Below are positions 7,968-17,551 of a stretch of DNA of 64,000 bases, one piece after another. A program made the position numbers and the translations under genes. Location: NCBI GenBank assembly GCA_029821735.1, contig JALGSU010000017.1:107406-171405 (forward strand). Direction: 5' to 3'. This DNA comes from Candidatus Zipacnadia bacterium (GTDB lineage Bacteria; Armatimonadota; Zipacnadia; Zipacnadales; UBA5352). The stretch's first letter is position 1. The number at the start of each line of letters is the position of its first letter. The notes beneath the pieces were generated by a model. The model was not told the origin of the DNA and ran no database searches. It saw only the letters and a program-made list of their open reading frames with translations.

Positions 7968-10406
7968 CTAGACAATTCTCGCTTTGATGGGGTTCTCGAT
8001 ATTGGAGACTGCCTTCGACGCCGCATCTCGCACGTCGCCTTCCGGGTCGTCAGATCCTAGCCTCCGAAGGTCTTCCACGGCATCAGCCGCTCTTGTACCA
8101 CTTTCACCCAAGGCGAACGCAGCCCTGCTTCTGATCTTCCCGTTGATGTGTCGAAGTGCTTCGCGTAGCGGCTCCACGGCCGCCTCCCCAATCATCGCCA
8201 ACGCGATGGCAAATCCTGTCCATTTGGGGTCGTCCACGTTGCACAGCGCCTCAAGCAAAGGCGTGACGGCTTTCGGGCTATCGGTACAGCCCAGTGCTGT
8301 CGCAGCGTTGTAACGCAGGTCGGGGTCCTCAGAGCGAAGGAGGGGGACAAGAGGCTCCAGCACGACTTCCCCCAAGTTGCCCAAAACGTACGCCGCACGG
8401 AGGTTGAAGCCTCCGGCGTCTCTGTCCAAGGAGCCGTTCTCCAAGGCCTCCATGAGCCGATCCACGATCGCTTGGTCACTCTCACCCAGACGCGCCAGCG
8501 CGTGAGCAACCCAGGCGCGAACGTGAGGATCGTCGTCATTCAGTTTGCCGCGCAAGGGCTCCACCGCCCGCACATCGCCCAACTCACCCAGCGCCTCCGC
8601 CGCCCGCCATCGCACGCCCTCACTCTCGTCCCTATCCTCCAGCCTCTGGATGAGCGGGTCCACAGCCCGCGCGTCGCCCAACTGCCCCAGCGCCACCGCC
8701 GCGTGTACACGCACGTGCTCATTCTCGTCTTTGTCCATCAGCCTGCCGATAAGCGGCTCCACCGCCCGCGCGTCGCCCAAATCGCCCAGCGTCGCCACCA
8801 CGTTCGCGCGCACGTCCGCGCTCTCGTACTTCAGCCTTGCGATGAGCGGCCCCACTGCCCGCGTGTCGCCCAAATCGCTCAGCGCTATCGCCGCGTTCGC
8901 GCGCACTGCTGCCTCTTCATCCACCAGTACCTCGATCAGTGGCTCCAGTGCCCGCCTGTTACCCAAGGAACCTAGCGCCCGAGCCCCCTGCGCCCGCTTC
9001 TCGTAGTCCTCCGACTTGAGCCATGCCATCGCGTTGTCAAACGCATCGCCCGGCTCCCCGTCCGGTGCGGCGGCCACTGATGTGTGCGACAGATACTTCT
9101 CGGGGTCATCCTCATCGAGGGGCGGCGCTGTCTTGAGCAAGTCGATCAGACGGGTATCCCCGGCGGCCTCCATGTAATGTCTGGCGCGCTCTTCGCCGAT
9201 CTCACCCTTTGCTCGCCCCCGCCGCTCCAGCATGGCGGTCTGCTCTGCCTCCTCGCCGGGCTTCCGGGACGCTTCTTGGTCCTCGAACATCAGCCTCGGC
9301 AGCATTGCGTAGAGCTCGAAGGACTTCGGGAACGCCATCTGTATACCCAGCACCTTCGCCAGCTTGTTGGGGTCTAGCTCGGGCGCCACCTCAGCGAGGA
9401 AGCCATGCGTCATGCAGAATCGCTTGATGGCCCGCGGGTTCCGCCCGAATACCTTATCTATCAGCAAGTCGCGAAGAGTGTCGTTCACCATACGGTTCTT
9501 GCGCATCAACTTAGAGCAGTGGCGGAAGAAGGCCCTAGTCTTCTTGTCATTCAGTCGCGGCAGATAGAACGGAAGCTGCACGATCTTGTCAAGATACCGG
9601 TCCTTGATCTCGCGTGCTTCGTCGCCCTCCCGGCTGTACAACTCGCCGATCGCCTCCCTGACCATGTCCGGGTCCGCCGCGAGCACAAACACGCAGTCCT
9701 TCTGGTTCAGGTAGAGCTTGATGGTTTCCAGCACTTCGGGGATGACCTTACGCGGCGCCCGGTCGAGGTCGTCTATCAGGACGAGCACGCGCCCATTCTC
9801 TCCAAGCGCGGTCCTCAGGTCTTGCTTGAAATAGGTGCGGTACTGCTGTGCCAGACTGGCATCCGAGGAGAACAGTTTGTCGGCTGCCTTCCCGAGCCCC
9901 GCCGGCAACACGCCACCGGTCAGGACTCGGCCGACCAATGAGAGGAGCGCCAAGACGACTTGGCCCACAACTCCTCTCACGCCGGGGTTGCGGCGCCAGA
10001 ACGCCCGAAGCTTCAGCCACGAGTTGGTGGCATTATCCCTCCAAGCTTGCCCCTTCAGCAAGTCCCACCGCCAAGGCGGTGTGCACCAGAGACCCGCCCA
10101 CAGACTCGATGCCAGCAGCCGCTTCGCGTCCTCGGGCTTATCGCACTCCCACGGGTTGACGCGCACCACGCGCCATTTGCAGGTGCGCTCATCAGCGTAC
10201 TCATCCGAGAGCGCCGCATCCTCCAGCATGTTCAGGAAGCTGGTCTTGCCCGAGCCCCAGCTACCGAACACGCCCACCGTGAACGGCGTCTCCGCGCGCT
10301 CCATCGTGCGCAGCAGCCCGAAGATGTACCGCCCCAACTTCAGACGATCCTCCGCCAGCCCCTCGATTGCCTCGTCGCCCAGCCGCGCCCCGTTCTCGTC
10401 TGCCAT
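7968..10406 (-). CDS. KAP-family P-loop NTPase with a membrane insertion, fused to a C-terminal array of HEAT (PBS-lyase / E-Z type) repeats
   Basis: Walker A VGVFGSWGSGKTSFLNML, a hydrophobic insert (GVVGQVVLALLSLVGRVLTGGVLPAGL), and the KAP signature Walker B VLVLIDDLDR. The C-terminal half has at least 9 repeats of VRxxAAxALGxLGDxRAVEPLIxxL. Confidence 0.75.
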   Translation of the reverse strand: MADENGARLGDEAIEGLAEDRLKLGRYIFGLLRTMERAETPFTVGVFGSWGSGKTSFLNMLEDAALSDEYADERTCKWRVVRVNPWECDKPEDAKRLLASSLWAGLWCTPPWRWDLLKGQAWRDNATNSWLKLRAFWRRNPGVRGVVGQVVLALLSLVGRVLTGGVLPAGLGKAADKLFSSDASLAQQYRTYFKQDLRTALGENGRVLVLIDDLDRAPRKVIPEVLETIKLYLNQKDCVFVLAADPDMVREAIGELYSREGDEAREIKDRYLDKIVQLPFYLPRLNDKKTRAFFRHCSKLMRKNRMVNDTLRDLLIDKVFGRNPRAIKRFCMTHGFLAEVAPELDPNKLAKVLGIQMAFPKSFELYAMLPRLMFEDQEASRKPGEEAEQTAMLERRGRAKGEIGEERARHYMEAAGDTRLIDLLKTAPPLDEDDPEKYLSHTSVAAAPDGEPGDAFDNAMAWLKSEDYEKRAQGARALGSLGNRRALEPLIEVLVDEEAAVRANAAIALSDLGDTRAVGPLIARLKYESADVRANVVATLGDLGDARAVEPLIGRLMDKDENEHVRVHAAVALGQLGDARAVDPLIQRLEDRDESEGVRWRAAEALGELGDVRAVEPLRGKLNDDDPHVRAWVAHALARLGESDQAIVDRLMEALENGSLDRDAGGFNLRAAYVLGNLGEVVLEPLVPLLRSEDPDLRYNAATALGCTDSPKAVTPLLEALCNVDDPKWTGFAIALAMIGEAAVEPLREALRHINGKIRSRAAFALGESGTRAADAVEDLRRLGSDDPEGDVRDAASKAVSNIENPIKARIV

Positions 10407-10471
10407 CGCTCGCCCCGCCCATTGCCAAGATGTCGCACCTCATCCCCAGACTTCCCCGCCGCCCGCGCCAT

Positions 10472-10490
10472 CCCTGCCACCTTGGCAGGG
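10472..10490. promoter_or_regulatory. Perfect 7-bp inverted repeat CCCTGCC-ACCTT-GGCAGGG in the divergent KAP / M28 intergenic region
   Basis: Seen in sequence. It sits between the divergent starts at 10406 and 10559. Confidence 0.25.
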
Positions 10491-10558
10491 GCCTTGCCCC
10501 CAACGGCGAAACTGCCTCCCGTAGCCTCACCGGTCGCGCACACGAGAGGGATGGTCTC

Positions 10559-12613
10559 ATGTTCCGCAAGGTCTACGAGTTGCTGGCCCGCGAGGTCTCC
10601 GGCGAGAACACCCGCAACATGGCCGCCGACATCTGGCGCCACGACCGTACCTGTTCCTTCGCCGAGCACTACAAGTCCGCCCGCTACTGCGTCGACCGCC
10701 TCACCGAGGCCCGCGCCTCCGACGTCGAGATCATCTCTTTCCCGGCCACTGGCAAGGCCGTCTACGGAGCCTTCCGCCTCCAGCGCGCCTGGGACGGCCA
10801 CGATGCCGAGTTGCACATCACCGCCCCCGAGTCCGCCGCCGTCCGCCTCTGCTCATACCGTGACGACCCCTGGTCGCTGGCCCAGGGCAGCACGCCCACG
10901 CCCGACGGTGGCATCGAGGCCGAGGTCGTCGCCATCGAGGGCGGCGCGGCCGAGAAGGACTACAAGGGCGTCGACGTCAAGGGCAAGTTCGTCTTCAGTT
11001 CCGCCGCGCCGCGCGGGATCATGGACCTCGCGAAGAAGAAGGGCGCGGTCGGCCTCATCACCGACTTCATGCCCACCAACCCCGCCACCCGGCCGACGCC
11101 CATGGACCTGCCCGACGCCCGCAACTGGACCACGCTCCGCCCCGAGGGCAAGCTCCCCGCCTTCGTACTCACCCCCCGCCAGGGCCAGCACATGCGCAAG
11201 CTCATCGCCGACAACGCGAAGACCGGCGGCGTGCGCCTGCGCGCCTGGGTCGACGCCCGCGCATACGATGGCGAGCACGAGATGGTCTCCGCGCGCATCC
11301 CCGGCAAAGGGAAGACCGCCAGCGAGGAGGTCGCGCTCGTCGCTCACCTCTACGAGCCCGGCGCGAACGATAACGCGTCCGGCGCAGCGGTCCTGCTCGA
11401 GACCGCCCGCGCACTCGGCGCCCTCATCAAGGTCGGCACGCTCCCCCGCCCGCGCCGCAGCATTCGCCTCTGGCTCACTCACGAGTTCCAGTCGCTCTCG
11501 GCCCTCCTTTACGAGCAGCCCGAGGCCATCGAGCGCGTCGTCGCCTGCGCGAACGTCGACATGGTTGGCGAGGATCAGGGCGCTTCCGGCGCCTCGCTCA
11601 TGTTCCAGGACGGCCCCGATTCCCTGCCCTCGTATCTCAACCACTACACCCACGCGCTGATGGATTACTTCCAGTCCCGCCCCTACACCTGGGGAAATGT
11701 CGACTCCACTGAGACGCGCATGGCGACCGTCAACACGCCCTTCTGGATGAACGATAACTTCATCTCCGACCCCTCTGTGGGCATCCCCTCGATCGCCCTC
11801 ATTGCCTGGCCGGACACCTACTATCACACCAACGAAGACACGCCCGAGAGGATTTCGACCGACTCCATCGGCCGCGTCGCGATCCTCTCTGCCACCTGGG
11901 CTTACGTCCTCGCCAGCATGGGGGAGAGCGAGGTGCTGGCCCTCGCCGAGACCGTTGCCGAGCGCGCCGATCAGTTCATGGGCCGCGCCGTCCAGCGCCG
12001 CCTCGACCACTACCGCGCCGCGCTCGAGAAGCTCGCCGCCGATGCTCTCGCTGACGACGGTCCAGCCACGCTCACCGAGGCCGCCGACGATCTCCGCGAC
12101 CGCCTGCCGTACCTGGCCGCCCGCGAGTTGGCGGCGTTCGAGTCGCTCACTTCGCTGCTCACTGAGGCCCAGGCGAAGCGCCACGCATCCCGCCTCGCGC
12201 AGGTCCGTGCCGAGGTCGAGGAAGCGGCGGCACGCTGGCAGTCGCGGGCCACACGCAGGCTCGCGGACCTCGCCGGTGAGTTCGATCTCCCCGCGCCCGA
12301 GCCCACACCCGACAAGCCCCTGACGGCTGCCGAGAAGCGCGCGGCCGCGATCGTGCCTTACCGCAAGATCCGGGGGATTGTGCAGCACGAGAACTTGCCG
12401 AAGAAGGGTCGCGAGGCGATTGCGAAGGCGTCGAAGGGTGGCGTGCCGCGCCTGATGCTATTCTGGGTGGATGGCGAGCGGAGCTTGCTGGACATCTGCC
12501 GATTGACGAAGATCGAGGGTGATGGCCCGGCGATTGACCCGTCCCGCGCGGTGAAGTGGGCCGAAGCGATGAAGCTCGCCGGCGTCATCACCTTCCGCCG
12601 GGCGAAGTCTTAG
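10559..12613 (+). CDS. M28-family zinc peptidase with a long C-terminal helical extension
   Basis: HLYEPGANDNASGAAV and NVDMVGED metal-ligand motifs. The start at 10559 is supported by a GAGAGGGA RBS; the 10367 extension is an Arg/Pro-rich GC artefact. Confidence 0.7.
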   Translation: MFRKVYELLAREVSGENTRNMAADIWRHDRTCSFAEHYKSARYCVDRLTEARASDVEIISFPATGKAVYGAFRLQRAWDGHDAELHITAPESAAVRLCSYRDDPWSLAQGSTPTPDGGIEAEVVAIEGGAAEKDYKGVDVKGKFVFSSAAPRGIMDLAKKKGAVGLITDFMPTNPATRPTPMDLPDARNWTTLRPEGKLPAFVLTPRQGQHMRKLIADNAKTGGVRLRAWVDARAYDGEHEMVSARIPGKGKTASEEVALVAHLYEPGANDNASGAAVLLETARALGALIKVGTLPRPRRSIRLWLTHEFQSLSALLYEQPEAIERVVACANVDMVGEDQGASGASLMFQDGPDSLPSYLNHYTHALMDYFQSRPYTWGNVDSTETRMATVNTPFWMNDNFISDPSVGIPSIALIAWPDTYYHTNEDTPERISTDSIGRVAILSATWAYVLASMGESEVLALAETVAERADQFMGRAVQRRLDHYRAALEKLAADALADDGPATLTEAADDLRDRLPYLAARELAAFESLTSLLTEAQAKRHASRLAQVRAEVEEAAARWQSRATRRLADLAGEFDLPAPEPTPDKPLTAAEKRAAAIVPYRKIRGIVQHENLPKKGREAIAKASKGGVPRLMLFWVDGERSLLDICRLTKIEGDGPAIDPSRAVKWAEAMKLAGVITFRRAKS

Positions 12614-12614
12614 C

Positions 12615-12935
12615 GTTGAGTGCCGATTTCGTTGCCATGGCCGTTAACCGTAGGGCTTCCAGCCCGACAATCAATTGGTCCCGCTGCATTTGCCGTCGCT
12701 GTGGTCGTATGGCGGGCGGGTCTTTCTCGGGCACCGTAGCTTTAGCGAAGGTGTCAGACCCGCCGGTCGTCGCCGTATGCCGTGTGGAGGGGCGGGACCC
12801 CGTCCCCGCCCGGCCGTTGCTGTCGCCCCACCTTGCAGGACTAACCCTCTCGCCGTCGAATATCCTACTGGCGGAGTGCAGCGGGGGGACTGTCGGAGTC
12901 ATTCCGACCGAGCGGACAGTTCTGGTGGCCATGAG
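12615..12935. repeat. Structured intergenic repeat, copy C (gctttagcgaaggtgtcagacccgcc ... gccgtgtggaggggcgggaccccgtccccgcccggccgttgc)
   Basis: Shares the GGAGGGG-hairpin unit with copy B, and the ctttagcgaaggtgtcagacccgcc motif with 17680-17725. Confidence 0.45.
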
Positions 12936-12946
12936 GAGTGTTTGTC

Positions 12947-15391
12947 ATGAAGCGTTTCATCGTCGCGATGTTGCTCGTCGTTCTCGTCGTCCCCTGCAGC
13001 GCGCAGTTCGATATCAAGATCCCCGGACCTGGCGACTTGGAGATCGATATCAAGATCCCTGGTCTGAGCAAGATACTCCGCGCGGAGCCCGCTCTGGGAA
13101 CCAGCATTGAGGACGCCCTGACCGGCGTTGCCTTCCTCGATGACTATGACCCGGCCGTGCTCATCCCCATGGTCGAGGCCCCGCGCGTCAGCGACGCTGG
13201 TTTTGCGCTCGCCCCCGGCGCCTGGTATGCCTCCATGGAGAGCTACTGCCTCCACGCCGGCGTGCATGGCCCCAGTAGCGGCGAGGGCTATCTCTGGGCT
13301 CCGCTCAAGGGCCCGTTGGCTGACGAAATCACTGACATCATGAGCAACGCGGCCCTGCACCCCGAGGTCCCGCAGCGCGATATCCAGGTCCTCGTATGGG
13401 GCCTGCTGGCGCGAACTAAGATCAGCGACATGTCCGACCCGTTGCGGCAGGCGGCCCGAGCCCTGCTCACCTCCAAGCAGATTCGCGGCCTCAACGGTGG
13501 CGCGCTGTCGCGGATCCCCGAGAAGCTCTTCGACCGCGCGTTTGGTGAGTTGCCTCCTGCGGTCCGCGACATCATGGAGGCCGAGGCGCGCATCCGCAAC
13601 ATGATCTCCGGCGAGATCAGCGACTTCAACGCCATTGAGGGCATCGCCGTCGTGCCTGGCGATCCGCCCTTCGACCCCAACGCGGCCTACCTCCCCCGAG
13701 GTCGCTGGTCATACGTCCCCGGTGGTTTCTTCACCCGCTACCTGCCCGATGGCTATGACCGCACTGACACGACCGTCGTTGTGCCCGCGCAGGTCACCTA
13801 CCAGCAGGATGCGCTCGGGCGCATCACAGCCATGGAGGACCGGGCCGGCAACCGTGTCGAGGCCAGCTACAATGACACGATCGCCCCGGCCACCGTCGCG
13901 GGCGACGCTGCCGTTCTCGGCTACGCCTTCGAGTCCCTCCGCCTCATGGCCCCCGACTCTGCCGCTCCCGGTGGCGTTCGCGAGATGACGCTCACCGACG
14001 TCGGCTGGACCCTTGTCGGCACCGCCTCCGGCGCAGGCCAGGCGCAGGCGGGCGCCGCGCCCTACGCTGATCTCGCCGAGCGATACGCCTGGGCCGTTCA
14101 GCACGCTGCTGAATTGGGCCCACTCGTCGCCAGCGTGAAGCAGGCTGGCGAGGCCCCCGCCTCTGATGCTGACACCGCCGCGGCGGTCGCGCTCATGGCC
14201 AACCTCGCCAACTTCCACCAGGCCCTCCAGCGCGCCACGGCATCGACCACCGCCGAGCCCTGGATGCACGCCCCCGTGGAAGTGGCCCGCCAGGCCTGGA
14301 TGGCCGCCCTCAGCTCCGTCAGCGACGGCCGCGGCGCTCCCGAGGTCCAGCAGGCCAGCATCGAGGCCCGCCAGCCGGTCCGGTTGGCCTCCACGTTGCT
14401 CTCACCGATCATCTTCTCTGGCGGCGAGGTGCGCTATTCCGGCGGCGGGCTGAAGCCCTTCCGCCCGGGCGGTGGCGCGGCGCAGCCCACCGGCGGGCGT
14501 CAGCGGCTCGGCCAGTCCCACCGCCCGCGCGAGCTCAAGCCCTTCAAGCCTGACGAAGACGACGATGACGATGACGATGACGATGACAGCGGCAACGGTA
14601 AGGGCGTCCTCAACAAGGCCAAGAAAGCCATCGGCTGGATAAGCAAGGGCAAGCAGGTCGTCGATGCAGTCACCAATCCCGTCGGCACCATTGCCGGGCA
14701 GGTCGGCTTTGGCATCCAGGGCCAGATGCAGTCGGGTTACTTCGACTGGCTCTTCGGCACCTCTGCCAAGATATCGAAGGCACTCGGCGGCGACCCGCCC
14801 CGCCCCGATTTTGACATCATCGAGCCTCTCACGCAGGTCGCTATTGGCTCGCCGCAGGACTTTGGGCAGATACCGGCCGCTCGCGCGGCTGCCCTCAATG
14901 ACTTGCGCTTTGCTCTGGACAATCTCGTCGCCACTTCGCGTGTCGCGAAGATCTCCCTCGACCGTCTTGGCGGGGCCATGGAAGCCGGGAATGCCGAGTG
15001 GGAGCAGAATCAGGCGATGGCTTTCATGCAGCAGAAGCGCACCACTGGCGTGTGGTTCACCGAGACCGCCCGCTGCCTCGATGCCTTGCTCGATGAACTC
15101 GCGGCGGAGGGCATCAACGATATCCAGATCACGTCCGACGCGTATGCGGCCTACCAGGCGCGCCTGCAGGCAACCGGCTTCACTGCTGACGAGTTGCAGG
15201 CGGCTCAGATGGCTGGTCTGACTGGCGCCGAGATCGCGGCCGAGTTGCAGTATCGGCTGTCGCTGAATCCTGCGTCTGAGGCTGGCAGTCTGATCGAGGG
15301 AGGTCGCGAAGCCGCCGAGGTCATGCGTGCCTTGGGTGCGCGCTGGGAGTCTTTGCCCGACAGCCACCTCGAGGACATCCTGGGCGAGTAA
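12947..15391 (+). CDS. Secreted hypothetical protein with an internal poly-Asp tract (D x10 at nt 14557-14592)
   Basis: Signal peptide MKRFIVAMLLVVLVVPCSAQ. GAGGAG RBS 8 nt upstream of the 12947 ATG. I recognised no family. Confidence 0.5.
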   Translation: MKRFIVAMLLVVLVVPCSAQFDIKIPGPGDLEIDIKIPGLSKILRAEPALGTSIEDALTGVAFLDDYDPAVLIPMVEAPRVSDAGFALAPGAWYASMESYCLHAGVHGPSSGEGYLWAPLKGPLADEITDIMSNAALHPEVPQRDIQVLVWGLLARTKISDMSDPLRQAARALLTSKQIRGLNGGALSRIPEKLFDRAFGELPPAVRDIMEAEARIRNMISGEISDFNAIEGIAVVPGDPPFDPNAAYLPRGRWSYVPGGFFTRYLPDGYDRTDTTVVVPAQVTYQQDALGRITAMEDRAGNRVEASYNDTIAPATVAGDAAVLGYAFESLRLMAPDSAAPGGVREMTLTDVGWTLVGTASGAGQAQAGAAPYADLAERYAWAVQHAAELGPLVASVKQAGEAPASDADTAAAVALMANLANFHQALQRATASTTAEPWMHAPVEVARQAWMAALSSVSDGRGAPEVQQASIEARQPVRLASTLLSPIIFSGGEVRYSGGGLKPFRPGGGAAQPTGGRQRLGQSHRPRELKPFKPDEDDDDDDDDDDSGNGKGVLNKAKKAIGWISKGKQVVDAVTNPVGTIAGQVGFGIQGQMQSGYFDWLFGTSAKISKALGGDPPRPDFDIIEPLTQVAIGSPQDFGQIPAARAAALNDLRFALDNLVATSRVAKISLDRLGGAMEAGNAEWEQNQAMAFMQQKRTTGVWFTETARCLDALLDELAAEGINDIQITSDAYAAYQARLQATGFTADELQAAQMAGLTGAEIAAELQYRLSLNPASEAGSLIEGGREAAEVMRALGARWESLPDSHLEDILGE

Positions 15392-15544
15392 TCTCGGCCG
15401 CTGCCTTCGCCGTCACTCCCCTCTCCTGAGCCGGCGCTTGCGTCGGCCAGGGAGAGGGGGCCGTCCGCCCCCGCCGTTCTCTGCGTCTCCGCGGTTTTCC
15501 GTTGCTGGAAGGATTCCCCCCTCCCGTCCCCGAAGCCCGTACCC
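15392..15544. repeat. Structured intergenic repeat, copy D (CCCCTCTCC...GGAGAGGGG hairpin plus ccgccgttctctgcgtctccg)
   Basis: Shares the gccgttctctgcgtctccg motif with copy A. Confidence 0.4.
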
Positions 15545-17551
15545 ATGACCGGTGCGCGCCACACGCTGACCCCGAGGTCGATCATCATCGGCGCCATTGG
15601 CGCGGCGGTGGTCTGCTTCGTCATTGGTTGGGGCGAGATGGTCGTTGGCGCGATCCAGATAGCCATCTGCCAGTTCAATCCCGCCGCGATAGGCCTTCTT
15701 CTCATCGTGGTCTTGGCCAACCTCGCCGTCGGCTGGCTCGCCCCGCGAATGGCCCTGCGCCCTCACGAGATCATCATCATCTACCTGATGATTCTTGCCG
15801 CCGCGCTGACCATGAGTCGCGGTCTCCTCGAGCGCTGGATACCCGCGCTGATCGCCGTCAACTACTACGCCAATCCCTCCAACCACTGGCAGGAACTCTT
15901 CTTCGAGCACATTCCCCAGTGGGCCGTTCCCTTCGATGTCGAAGGCGGCACCGAGCAGCCCCTGGCGCGCTACTTCTACGAGGGTCTGCGCCCGGGCACG
16001 CCCCTGCCCATCCGCGAGTGGGCTCCCGCACTCATCGCCTGGTTGCCGCCCGTGCTCTCCATGTTTGTCGCTTACTTCTGCATGGCCTCACTCATCCGCC
16101 GCCAGTGGGTGGACAACGAGAAGCTCTCCTTTCCGCTGACCACCTTGCCCGTTGAGATGGCTGTGCACAGTCACTGGTCGAAGTCGCTCTTCGGCAACTG
16201 GCTGATGTGGATCGGCTTCGCCATCCCCTTCCTCATCTTTACGCTCAACGGTCTGCACACGCTCTTCCCGCAGATCCCCGAAATCCCCGTGGTCTATCGC
16301 CTCAACCGGATGGTCTTCAACACCATGGGCCGCCCGTGGCGAGACCTTGGCAACACCACCGCCTACTGCTCGATGGCCGCTGTCGGCTTCGCGTATTTCC
16401 TCCCCGCGCAGGTGCTCTTTTCGCTCTGGTCCTTCTACGTGATCTCCCGCGTGCAGAACATCACCTTCTCGGCCTTCGGCGCTGCGCCCCAGGCCATGCC
16501 GCTCTTCCCGACCAAGCTGTGGAACGGTTACCAGGTCATGGGCGCGTATGTCGTCCTCGCGGGCTACATGGTCAGGTCCGCCTGGCCGCATCTGCAGCGC
16601 ACCTGGGCGGCCGCCACTGCCGGCGCGGAGCTCCCTCCCGAGGACGCCGTCCCCAGTCGTTACGGTGGCCAGTCCGAGCGCGCCCGCCCGGCTCTGCCCC
16701 CGAGGGTCGCGCTCATTGGCCTCGGCGTATCGGCGGTCGTCGCGGCGTGGTGGTTCACGTTGCTTGGCATGGCCCCGTGGATGGCCGTGCTCGAGGTCGT
16801 CGCCTTCCTCGGCGTGGTCTGCCTGGTGATGGCCCGCAGCGTCGGCGAGGCCGGTCTGCTCATGACCGAGACCAGCTTCCGCCCTGTCGACATGGTCCGC
16901 CTGGTCAGTCCCATGAAGGCGCTCGGCGCTCCGACGCTCACTGCTCTCTCGCTGGCTGATGCGGTATTCACCCGCGACTTGCGCGGCAACTTGCTCTCGA
17001 CGCTCCTCGATGGCCTGAAGATGAGTGACCTCACGGACCTCGACCGCCGCCACTTATTCGCGGCGATCGCGATCGCGCTCGTGGTCGCGTTGGGGGTTGG
17101 CGGGTGGTTGCACTTGGCCTTGCCGTATGCCAATGGCGGGGTGGGGATGTATAGCTACGTGTATCGGGGCAACCCGTTGCTCGGCTTCCGCTATTTCGCG
17201 CCGGTGCTCGAGGGCGGCGATGAGTATGATGCGCGCTTGCCGATCTTCTTCGGATCGGGAGTAGCGGTGGCCTTGGGGTTGAGTTGGATGCGGACCCAGC
17301 ACGTCTGGTGGCCGTTGTCTCCGCTGGGTTTGGCGCTATCGGGTTCGTGGTCGATGATAGTCTTCTGGTTCCCGATGTTGATTGCGTGGTTGATCAAGGG
17401 CGGGGTAGTCCGCTACGGTGGCATGAAGTTGTATTCGAATCTCCGCCCGTTCTTCTTGGGGATGATCTTGGGCGAATTCTCTCAGGCGGTGATTTGGGCG
17501 ACGATCTGCGGCGTCTACCGCACCCCCGCCCCCTTCTTCCCCTGGCCATAG
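15545..17551 (+). CDS. Large polytopic integral membrane protein (about 14 predicted TM helices), function unknown
   Basis: Long hydrophobic segments throughout. The RBS is weak, so the start is uncertain. Confidence 0.5.
   Translation: MTGARHTLTPRSIIIGAIGAAVVCFVIGWGEMVVGAIQIAICQFNPAAIGLLLIVVLANLAVGWLAPRMALRPHEIIIIYLMILAAALTMSRGLLERWIPALIAVNYYANPSNHWQELFFEHIPQWAVPFDVEGGTEQPLARYFYEGLRPGTPLPIREWAPALIAWLPPVLSMFVAYFCMASLIRRQWVDNEKLSFPLTTLPVEMAVHSHWSKSLFGNWLMWIGFAIPFLIFTLNGLHTLFPQIPEIPVVYRLNRMVFNTMGRPWRDLGNTTAYCSMAAVGFAYFLPAQVLFSLWSFYVISRVQNITFSAFGAAPQAMPLFPTKLWNGYQVMGAYVVLAGYMVRSAWPHLQRTWAAATAGAELPPEDAVPSRYGGQSERARPALPPRVALIGLGVSAVVAAWWFTLLGMAPWMAVLEVVAFLGVVCLVMARSVGEAGLLMTETSFRPVDMVRLVSPMKALGAPTLTALSLADAVFTRDLRGNLLSTLLDGLKMSDLTDLDRRHLFAAIAIALVVALGVGGWLHLALPYANGGVGMYSYVYRGNPLLGFRYFAPVLEGGDEYDARLPIFFGSGVAVALGLSWMRTQHVWWPLSPLGLALSGSWSMIVFWFPMLIAWLIKGGVVRYGGMKLYSNLRPFFLGMILGEFSQAVIWATICGVYRTPAPFFPWP

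Noticed and set aside
6776-8060. ORFs 6776..7987 (+), 7620..8060 (+), 7693..7971 (+) and 7691..7900 (-) across the repeat region and antisense to nif3
   Set aside because: They run through intergenic repeats and antisense to a motif-supported Nif3 gene, and have His/Arg/Pro-rich compositions.
10367-10558. Upstream extension of the M28 peptidase ORF (MPRRPAAPRSRLPS...)
   Set aside because: It is a Pro/Arg-rich run that precedes a good RBS plus ATG at 10559 and would leave no promoter space relative to the divergent KAP gene.
10261-12388. Minus-strand ORFs 10853..12388, 10340..10816 and the plus-strand ORF 9960..11660 overlapping the M28 peptidase and KAP genes
   Set aside because: They are shadow frames. 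The M28 metal-binding motifs and KAP Walker motifs sit in the other frames.
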